Shown piece after piece: positions 30,880-48,954 of a stretch of DNA of 64,000 bases. The stretch comes from Chrysomallon squamiferum. Taxonomy: Eukaryota > Animalia > Mollusca. The DNA lies in NCBI GenBank assembly GCA_012295275.1, contig CM022666.1, forward strand, positions 3,348,001 to 3,412,000, given 5' to 3'. Under the pieces are notes generated by a model. It was given only the letters and a program-made list of their open reading frames with translations. It ran no database searches and was not told the origin of the DNA. How positions within the stretch are numbered: the first letter of the stretch is position 1; every line of letters starts with the position of its first letter. A program made the position numbers and the translations under genes.

Positions 30880-32362
30880 AAATCAAAATAAAATAAAATA
30901 AAATAAATCAACAGCAATCCAAAAATAAAAGGTACAGGACGGCCAAACTACAAGTAAAAATATTAAAAATGAATGAATAAATAAATAAATAAATAAATAA
31001 AAGAAAAGGAAAAAAAAAAAAACCCACAGTAACCCAGAATTCAGTATTACACTGCATTATTTATATTTAAAAAAAAAAAATAATAATAATAATAATAAAT
31101 AAATAAATAAAAAAAATATATATATCTTACATATCTTCGAAGATGTTCACGTATAGAAACCTAAACACTGCAATGGCTCAGTCAAATACGTCAATTTGAT
31201 GTAACTAACGAAAACGTTTTCACGATGGAAGGGAAATAACTCTTTTTAATCATAATTTCATCGACGTGATTTCAACAGTTCAACAGTTTAAAATAAAAAA
31301 GAAAAAAATTAACATACATCTACTCTCCACCCTACTCTCCTAAGGCCACAATAACTTCACGAATATATATATTTCCTTCTTATATATATATAATTTTTTT
31401 TTTAAATTGATTTATTACTTCGTTATCCTGGTGTCCGTTATCCTGGTGATTCGACCCCATACTTGGTTTCTCTAGGGTTATTTATGCAGTGGTAACTGTC
31501 TTGTATGGACACCTGTGAAGCCGAACAAAAATGTCCGCAGGTGCCCGCTTATCAGAGGCACAAAAATGACAGACAGTTTTTTTTAAAACATATTTACAAT
31601 CTTTATTCACATACACCAACCAGTACCCACAAAAACATAAATCATCGTTGCCATAGCAAGTGTCACGGCTTTGTCTAAAAACACAGATACAAACATAACG
31701 AGTTCACTGGATATAAATAAAGAAGATTTTGCACATCATCAAACATGTAATAAGCATAAGGTATATTTATGTTTTACAAAACACTGCGTTTGAAACCCAA
31801 ATAGAGCTCCGATTTGTGCTAACACATATGTTTATAAAATATAAACATGAAAGGAATGATAATGAATGACTGAATTGTCAGAATTATGTACCACGTGAGC
31901 TGAACTCGCACGGTTTGGCGGACAAGCATTTGGCGACAGGCAGTTCGCGGGTGCAAACAACACTCCTTGCATCCACAATGCAGTGCAGGAAATGGGCGAC
32001 GCCATTTTTAAAGATATCGTTTGAAACTGCCTTACAATAAAATTATTTATTTTGGAGATGAGAAATTCACTGTTCGCTTTAGCAGAGGAATAATAATTCT
32101 AAAAAAACGCTGTCCGCTGATCTAAGGGACATATCCACTGAAAAACATTCCGTACATCGCAAGTGGCCGTTCATTTCAGGGACCGCTAAAGATGGTACCA
32201 GTGTATTTTTGTTACCGTAAGAAGACTGACAGAACTGTACGACTGTAATAGAGTGTACTGCACAGATTAACTGCATAAATAAATTAAATAGAAAAACATT
32301 TGATAAACCCAGTTTTCAAGCCCTGTGCTTTAGTTAAATGGGTTTTAATTATAAATTTGATA

Positions 32363-32411
<49 letters not shown>

Positions 32412-32455
32412 TAAATTTTTCCGGTCTAAGGGAAACAACTCTTTTCATCAATGAT
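30880..32455 (-). repeat. Inverted partial copy (about 1.55 kb) of the 2.5-2.7 kb repeat unit
   Basis: Reverse complement of about 33510-35130, e.g. 31975-32008 CAATGCAGTGCAGGAAATGGGCGACGCCATTTT versus 33971 AAAATGGCGTCGCCCATTTCCTGCACTGCATTG. Confidence 0.92.
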
Positions 32456-32658
32456 TATTTACTCTCCGATATTCACTACATTGATAATACATAAATTTTA
32501 TATAATTATACATTTAATTTGCTTTCACATTCCTCTTTTGTACAAAATCTGATATGTGTTTTCCTGAATAAGTTTTTTTTATATTTAAAAAAATAAATTA
32601 AATGAGATGAAAATAAATGAACGAGAAGAGAAAATAATTAAACAAACAAATGAAATAA

Positions 32659-32760
32659 ACTCTGGTTTCTCTGCACAAATAAATCTTTCGCCTTTAAAAT
32701 AAAATTTAAATGGGAGGGAACAAAATAAATTTTTTTGACATAAATTTAAGGGTTGAATAC
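32659..32760 (+). pseudogene. U5 snRNA-like sequence (degenerate copy or poorly polished gene)
   Basis: ACTCTGGTTTCTCT and AATAAATCTTTCGCCTTT match metazoan U5 as I recall it, followed colinearly by ATTT...TGG...GGAACA and an Sm-site-like AAATTTTTTTGA (32727-32738). Invariant loop 1 GCCTTTTAC reads GCCTTTAAA. Confidence 0.8.
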
Positions 32761-33319
32761 TAAAACCAAAATCAAACAAATGATAATTAATTTCGGATTT
32801 TCCAGATCCCCAATTTTAATAGCAAAGTAAAAGTGGTAATAATAATAATTAATTTATTTATAAGGAAAGAAATTAACGTTTTCTTAAATTTACTATCAAT
32901 TTATTTTCTATTTTATTTTATTTTATTTTATTTATTTATTTATTTATTTTATTTATTTTATTTTATTTTTCTTGTGGATTCTTGTTATAATTATTATCGT
33001 TCAAATCATTGATGAAAAGAGTTGTTTCCTTAGACCGGAAAAATGTATTTTATTATTATTATTATTATTTGATATAATGAAAAACGTTTGTTGTTCTAAA
33101 GGAAATAACTCTTATGATCAGAGAGTTTTAAAAATTTCAAAACCAAAATTGAAAATGAATTAAAATCACTGTTTTATCACCATTCAACAATTTTAATCAT
33201 CATTTGTTAATGATAATGATAAAACTGATTTTTCAATTTAATGATCTGTTATTTCTTCTTCTTTATTTATTTCTTTATAGTACAGATTTTCCAAAAAAAG
33301 CCTTTGCAAAGTAAAAGTG

Positions 33320-33351
<32 letters not shown>

Positions 33352-33438
33352 TAAATAATAAATAACTGCTAAGGAAAGAAATAATACGTTTTCTTAAATT
33401 TACTATCAGTTTATTTATTTATTTTATTTTATTTATTT

Positions 33439-33469
<31 letters not shown>

Positions 33470-33499
33470 TTTTCTTGTGGGTTGTTGTTATAATTATTA

Positions 33500-41400
<7,901 letters not shown>

Positions 41401-41468
41401 ATTAATCAAATCGAAAAGTTTTTTACCCTTTTTCATTAGTTTTACTTTTTTTGTTAAAATTATGATAC

Positions 41469-41499
<31 letters not shown>

Positions 41500-42385
41500 T
41501 GTTGATGAAGATTGATGATTTTTGGATTTAAAAAAGAAAACAAAGAACAAAATATCATGTTATTCAAAAACCTTTAATCAAATTAACTTTTTGCTTTCAT
41601 TAGTTTTTAGCTATAACAACAACAATAAAAATAATAATAATAATAATTTTAAACATTTTTTTTTTAATTATTTTTCAAACATGAACTCTTTTTTTTTTTT
41701 TTAATCTTAAATTAAATCACTATTTTCTGTTTTGTTTAATATTAAATTAATTTTTAAGTGCATGATTTTTAATTTCCAAAAAATAAAAGAAACCAAATTA
41801 TCACAAAATGAAATTATTTTCTCTTGTTTCACATTAAACTCTTAATTATACAAAAAAATAAAAAATAAAAAATATAAAAGTTTATAAAAACCTTCGACTG
41901 TTAATATAAATCTTTTATTTTTAGAAACAGGGATATCAAATATATTGCTTTGTTACAATATTTTTATAAAGTGAATTAAGAACAAAAAATTAAAAGTTAA
42001 ATGTGATTATAATAACAGACAAAAAGATACAAACAAAAACACATAAAATAAAACAATATCAAATGTCAATAACAACATTAAAAAATAAATGCCCTACACT
42101 GATTAAAAAATAAAACCACAAAACAATCTCAAAAGAAATTACTAAAGTACCTGTTGTGACAAATGAATAGTCTACTATAATGAATGAATACCTATTATTG
42201 CCAGACCACAGGATCAACAGACAGACAAACAGACAGACAGATTTTACAAATATTATTATGTATTTCAATAATCAGTAAATTTGGAATTTGATTAACGTAA
42301 CGTTTATTAACTGTCAAAGGCCATGGATCATAGGTTTCATTTTAGACTGTTTATAAATGATGCAGTATTTTTACATTTAAAAAGA

Positions 42386-42434
<49 letters not shown>

Positions 42435-42692
42435 TAGGACTAAATAATATATGTATCCTTGTTTCAATTTGTTAAATGTCTTAATAAAAATAATTAAAAA
42501 ACCCCACATTCACACAGTACTTGTTAAAAAAAAAAAAAAAAAATGTCACCTTGAAAACAACATGGAATTACCTAATTACATTAATTAAGAGATTAGTTGT
42601 TAAGAAACTAGTTTAGATAGTCAAATGCACTTCTATGGAGTATGTAATTAAATGTTGAATTTTTGGCAGATTTTTGTGTTTTGGATGATGTT

Positions 42693-42803
42693 CTAGACTT
42701 TTTTATATTTTATATGAAGGTGCTGAGTTAAAGGAGTTTTGTCAGTTTCCATAAAAAGAGTATACTCCAAAGTATCTCCATTTCTAACGTAAGTCCTCTT
42801 CAA
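42693..42803 (-). CDS. THAP4: Nitrobindin last exon (LKRTYVRNGDTLEYTLFMETDKTPLTQHLHIKYKKV*)
   Basis: tttcAG acceptor, TAG stop; QHLH includes the His (42720-42722) equivalent to the proximal heme ligand of nitrobindins. Confidence 0.95.
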   Translation of the reverse strand: MKRTYVRNGDTLEYTLFMETDKTPLTQHLHIKYKKV

Positions 42804-43540
42804 CTGAAACAAATTAAAAATTAAGAATAAATAAATAAATTTAATATAATATAAATAAATAAATTAAAAAAATAAATTAAAAGAAGTAAATAAATAAATA
42901 AATAAATATGTATGCATGTAACATTTATACTTTACTAATAATAAAATATATTTCACAAAACTAATTATTCAAACTATATATGTAAAGGTATTTAAATATG
43001 ACTTTAGATATATTTTATGCATTTCCAGTTTGTTTTATTCATTACTGATAAAGTAATAAAGTATAATATTAACATAATAATTCATGATGAATGTTGGAGA
43101 TTCATAGTACATATCAAAAATAATTTAATTTACAAGAAACAGTGAAATAAAATAATATTTTTAATCTTTAATATTTTTCTATTTATTTTTTCACTTATTA
43201 TTATTTTTTAATTTACTTACTTATTATTTATTTAATTTATTATAATCATAATTATTACTATTGTTATTATTATTATTAGTAGTAGTAGTAGTAGTATTTT
43301 CAAACCTTTGTAGTTTTTGGAGGTTTGGAAAATGTCATTCTTCCAATTGTGTGTGATGTTGTTTCTAACTTCTGTCCATTTACCTTCACCTTCCTCCATT
43401 TCACAAACTCCTAAAATAAAATAAAATAAAATAAATCATAACTGATAACTTTATATAACAAAAATGGAATATTGATTTATTATTATTATTATTATTGGTA
43501 TTATTATTATTATTATTATTACTTTTATGATTATTATTAC

Positions 43541-43595
<55 letters not shown>

Positions 43596-45046
43596 AATTA
43601 CCATTGTTTATTGAAAGCAATTTTGTTGGTGCCAGGCTTTTATTATTATTATTATTATTATTAAGTGCTGAATAACAAAATGTGATGTGAAGTAATTTTT
43701 CTGCATTTTTTCATGGTCAACTGTACTGATTTAAAAAAAATTAAATAAAAAACAGCTCGGTCCAAAAATTAAATAAAAGAAAAGTGTTTTCAAAATTAAC
43801 GTGTATGTAATTATGTCACACTGACTGAAAGAGAAAACTGAGACATAATACGTTGATAAATTACCATTGTTATGAGCAGAAATGAAAGCAATTTTGTTGG
43901 TGCCAGGCTGAATCCTGATGAAACCGGATTCTCTGTGCATGGGTGCCTTAGTTCCCTTTTTCCAGGCACCAAATCTGAAATATTAAAAAAAAATCAGTGA
44001 ATACTAATAACAAGATACACTGAGATACTGTACTATATAACTTTAATCATTAACATACAATGCTAAGATTATTAATAACATAATATTCAAGTAGGCATTT
44101 CATTCAACATACAGGTTGACAATATTTTGTTTTTCATCTGAGTACAGGAACAAATTCTTCTTCTTCTTCTTCTTCTTATTTTTATTATTATTACTTGTAT
44201 TATTATTTTAGATATAATGATTCAATTCAATAGAATATTTTCTCATTTAATTATAAGTAAGTAATTTTTAATTTGGCAACAGCAAAATAATTAAATTATC
44301 AAATTAACCATTTATTTTCTGAACAAAAAATATAAAAAATCACTAATATTAATATCTAGTATTTTAAAACTGCAAATTTGTTAAAATAAAGTTTTTATGA
44401 AAAGTAAACTATTCTAAAACTTACTTGTAATGTTAATCTGTAACAACAAATAAATAATAAAAAATTTGCTAATATGTACATGTGAATCTTCATATAAAAT
44501 CAGAGATTAAGTCAAGCATTGAAAAATGTCAGCATATTTTATTTTTTTAATTTAATTTAATTGATTTATTTATGAAATATATATATAAAAAAAAAATGAA
44601 AACTGTACATTTGGTTTCATTTATTTTACTTTACTTTACTTTACTTCATTTTATTGTTTTTATTTTATATATTTTCTTATTTTTATTTTAAATTTATTAT
44701 TATTATTTTTGTTATTTATTTATTTATTTATTTAGTTATTTATTTTTTTTTTATTTTTATTTTTATTATTTTTTCATATTTTAAGGATTTAAGTAAAAAC
44801 TTACGCAAACTGTATGTTTGGTTGCCCAACATGAAAAAACTCCAACTCCTCTCCATAATTAAATGACTCAATTGATGGAAATTTACCCTCACCATCCTCG
44901 GTTTCAGAGCGCCATTTCCCTAGCAACCAGGACAAGGGTGCAATCATTTCATGCATTTTTGGATCTCCTGGTAAAAACAAAACACATGGAAAAAATAAAA
45001 TAAAATAAATAAAATAACAATAATAATAGTAATAATAATGATAATA

Positions 45047-45104
<58 letters not shown>

Positions 45105-47201
45105 GTAGTAGTTGCAGTTGTAGTAGAAGTTGTATTACTAGAATACTAAATAACAATTTTATAACTTATACATAAATAAGTAATAAGTAATAATAAGTAA
45201 TAATAAACAATAACAACAATTAAAGCTGTCACAATTTTAAGAGGTTTTTTTTCTCTTTTTTTTTGTTTATACCTGAACTCATGATTCTTTTCTGGATAAC
45301 ACCAGCTGAAATACTTTTCTTTAGAACACTGGTTAGTCTCTGAAATAAATAGATAAATAAATAAATGAATAAATAAATAAATGAAGTAAATAAATAAGTA
45401 GGTAATAATGCAAATAAATAAATAAGTAAATAAATGAATAATGAATGAATGAATGAATGTTAATAAATTCAGTGCATTTTCACACTAACACCATAACAGT
45501 TATTTGCAGTTAGTTACACACACACACACACAATCGCACAAAGTATCTCACACATACACACACATACATACTATCATACATACTCTTACATATACACATA
45601 CACATATTAACAATATAACTTCTAACAAAAGCCCTTATTTTGGTGTTCAGACCTTAAATTTTTATAAATTAGTTATGAAAAATTGGTTTGAATTCTAAGT
45701 ATATTTAGATAAGGTGCTAAAACTGTCTAATTGAAAAGTTTTGTCAGACTATAAATAAAATGTTTGCAAATATACTTTATAAATATTTCATCCATAAATT
45801 TCCAGAAACTGTAGGTACAAAATGTGTACAAGATGAATTTTCTTTCTAATGTTCATTTTTTTTTTTTTTTTTTTTTTATTGCATCATCATCCTATTGTTA
45901 CTGTTGTCGTTTAATTTTATTTAAATAATGTTGTTAATTTAATTGACATAAAGTTCTACGTGGAACAAACATTTTAATGCATTTATTTTGTTTATTTCAA
46001 TCTAATAATGTAGCGCTAAAAAAGCTCTAAACAGTACAACCGTAAATTCGCCACCTGTTGGCCTAACATCATATTCTGATTCTCATTTCATTGTTGATAG
46101 TTATTTCTCTTTGTTATGATAACATTTCTCTTATTTACCGCTGTGAGATAATGTCATTCAACACAAGATATATACGGTGCTACTAAAGTAAATTGGAATA
46201 ATTCAAAATATCCGTTTCATCGATATACTTACAACAAATATCTCCTTTATGGGATAAAGATATTCCTCGACGATCTCAACTCATTCGGCCCTGACCTAAT
46301 TTAATTCACATTCAGTTGTCCTGGTAAATTATAGTATGTATTAAGGCGCGTTAAACCATTAACGTTTTATAATGTGTTAGTTTATGAAACATTGTTACAT
46401 TAATCTTTTCTTTTAATTATGACTGTGAATTAATGTCCAAAAACGATCGTAAATGAATTTGAAAAATGTTCACGCTTCACTGATTTTAATTTGTATTCAT
46501 TTGTTTCAAGTTAAGTCGATTCGAGTTTTATTTACTGTTGTTCAAAAATAAGAAATTTCAGTATTACTATCAATCGAGCTATAATTTTATTTTTCAATGG
46601 AAATAATAGCTACAGAAACGGTGCACACACAATAATGCATCTGTGCGTTTTTAGTGTTATAATAATTATTTACATTAAGGTAAAGTGGGTATAGATATAT
46701 TACCACCATATTAAGTCGACACCCAGAAGAAGAAGAAAAAAAACACAAAAAACCCCCAAAAATAACAACATTAATAATAAATAAATAAATGAAAAATATG
46801 AAGAAAATGAGGGAAATTACTAAAAAATAATATTTACGTTTAAATTCCTCCAAGATGTATGAGCATTCTATTTCCTTCCCTCAGCAAAAAGGAAAACATT
46901 TTAATATTAATTTTAAATGAACTGCTAAAGCCAAAAAACCGTTAAATTAAAAAAATCTAAAGACATTTATACTCTGATATATTTTTGCAATAAGTGGTTC
47001 ATTGATAAAATAAATGATGCAAAATAATATTAATGAAAATTTGAAAGCTATCACTATCAGCTATGTGAACGTGACTTTTGTAGAGAATAAAAAACAGCAT
47101 AATTAATTATCGCGAAAACGTTTGCACATACACAGGCTCCAGAAAAATAATAGATCCAGTTTCTGTTTCAAATAAAAATGAAAACTCACCGAGACAAACA
47201 T
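42693..47201 (-). CDS. THAP4: Stand-alone nitrobindin (THAP4 C-terminal heme-binding beta-barrel homologue, peroxynitrite isomerase-like), 6 coding exons, about 188 aa
   Basis: Manual splice: join(complement 47190-47201, 45273-45339, 44805-44967, 43865-43974, 43306-43410, 42693-42803), all GT-AG. Protein MFVSRLTSVLKKSISAGVIQKRIMSSGDPKMHEMIAPLSWLLGKWRSE...FHVGQPNIQF...PMHRESGFIRIQPGTNKIAFISAHNNGVCEMEEGEVNGQ...TQHLHIKYKKV* is colinear with the human THAP4 nitrobindin domain as I recall it (PLSWMLGTW, HVGQP, PMHRECGFIR, TQHLHVTYKKV). Needs removal of 1 nt in exon 5. Confidence 0.93.
43306..43410 (-). CDS. THAP4: Nitrobindin exon 5 (GVCEMEEGE/VNGQKLETTSHTIGRMTFSKPPKTTK), with +1 nt frameshift
   Basis: ttttAG acceptor, GTttg donor; 105 nt where 104 are needed; homology switches frame at 43381-43387. 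Confidence 0.9.
43865..43974 (-). CDS. THAP4: Nitrobindin exon 4 (FGAWKKGTKAPMHRESGFIRIQPGTNKIAFISAHNNG)
   Basis: tttcAG acceptor, GTAAT donor, PMHRExGF motif; overlaps track ORF 43731..43940. Confidence 0.95.
44805..44967 (-). CDS. THAP4: Nitrobindin exon 3 (DPKMHEMIAPLSWLLGKWRSE...HVGQPNIQFA)
   Basis: ccAG acceptor, GTAAGT donor, nitrobindin LxWLxGxW and HVGQP motifs. Confidence 0.95.
45273..45339 (-). CDS. THAP4: Nitrobindin exon 2 (RLTSVLKKSISAGVIQKRIMSSG)
   Basis: tttcAG acceptor, GTataa donor, open frame, phase 1 matches exon 3. Confidence 0.8.
47190..47201 (-). CDS. THAP4: Nitrobindin coding exon 1 (MFVS)
   Basis: ATG TTT GTC TCG followed by donor GTGAGT; phase 0 joins exon 2 in frame; in-frame TAA immediately before the ATG. 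Confidence 0.7.
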
Positions 47202-47673
47202 TTAATGATTATGTCTGAAGATGACGTTTTCTTTAGGTTCCAAAGATGTTTCTGATGAAACACTTCGGAACTTTCCGATGTTTAAAAGTATATTGGCGAA
47301 AACACTCGATGAGATGGACGGACTGGTTCGAACGCTGTACCACGATTTGTGGTGCATTTAATGATTAACATTTAAGTGTAATTTACAGACCTGAATATTT
47401 ATACTTTAAAAGAAAGGTGGTTCTTCTTTTGTTTTTATTTTCAAAAGAATTATATTTACTTTTATTTAATTCTTAATTCATCCTCAGTTAATGAAATTAT
47501 TATAGTACTGTAAAAAAAAAAAAATAAAAAAAAAATCTTCCATAAGGATCTTTGTGACATATATTTTCATTGGGTACGAGTTTCCGTCTCTATATTTAGA
47601 AACTAATCGGAAATATTGTGGCAATGGATATTATACACATGCGCAGTTGTAATGTTTTTATTTTGACAAGGAA
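47202..47673. promoter_or_regulatory. Bidirectional promoter and 5' UTRs shared by nitrobindin and ATG4
   Basis: 472 bp between the two divergent ATGs; locally CpG-retaining; CATGCGCA (NRF1-like half site) at 47638-47645. Confidence 0.7.
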
Positions 47674-47686
47674 ATGGATTTCGATG
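47674..47686 (+). CDS. ATG4B: ATG4 exon 1 (MDFD)
   Basis: gaaATGGATTTCGATG followed by GTAAG; phase 1 fits exon 2. Confidence 0.8.
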
Positions 47687-48318
47687 GTAAGACGATATTA
47701 TGAAACGATAACATCTGTGATTCTTCGTTAAGATTAATATTTTAAACTACTGCTTATTTTTGTAATTATTGTATTATCGTAACTATTTAAGCAGGTCGCA
47801 AGTTCGTCAAACAAAAACTTGTATAACAGGATAACAAAACTAAATAAATTTCCGTTCTTCAAAACTTCAGCATTTATGATTCACTGTTCAATTAATTATT
47901 CGGTGCATAGATCATTGTTGTTGGAACATCATAAAATGATAAACAAAAATACATAAATATTTACAGTTAAGAGCTAAGGTCATGAATATTTTAATGATTA
48001 TGTGCATACAGAAATCAGGTTTGAATTTATTTAGTAAAGTATTGGCAGGACAGTGATAATGAGCCCAACACTCTTGTCCCCGTTGTCCTAATCTTACACA
48101 AGCTAAGTCAACTATCTTTGCCTTAGGGCAAATTAAAGTTACGATTATTATGATTGATATATTCTCTGCTCCTTAGTGAGGACTTGTTTTTCTTTTGTAG
48201 AGCAAATAAAACTATATATCACAAAATAATGTGTGTGTGCGTGTGATATTATTGTTATGTACATTAAAACAAAGACATAATTAACTGTTATATACAAAAA
48301 TAGGACTATTTATTTATT

Positions 48319-48366
<48 letters not shown>

Positions 48367-48906
48367 TAATTTAACAGTATAGGTATAAATTTAGCAACAT
48401 GAATTGTATTACTGGTTATATCTGTATAATTATGTATATGTATACATGTGAATGTATTAATGTATGTTTGTGATTTAATGTAATGTTATATGTATGAAAG
48501 CGTATTTTTATGTCTATCTGTTGGTATACATATTTTAGATTTTTCAGCTACATTTACATATGAGAGCGGACCTCTTCAGTATGAAGAATTTCCAAGAACA
48601 GAAGAGCCCCTGCATATCTTGGGAGAAAAATACAGCACACTTTATGGTACGTGCCAACACCAGATTTATGTCACCTGTACATTACATTTATTTACGATTA
48701 CAAAATTTGATGTCATATATACACAGAATTAAGCAACAACACCCCCAACACATACATACACACACATACACACACACACACACACACTTGCACACACATC
48801 TGTACATACAAACACACATATGACACACACAGTACATATAGGCTCTAAATGGTTAGCATTAAAAGTGGTATTTATATGTATGTATGTATCATTGTATGTG
48901 TGTTAG

Positions 48907-48954
<48 letters not shown>

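Noticed and set aside
47202-47372. Longer upstream ORFs on the minus strand (MHHKSWY..., MLIIKCT...) as a possible THAP domain or N-terminal extension
   Set aside because: All frames stop before the donor and no C2CH THAP signature is present; at most uORFs.
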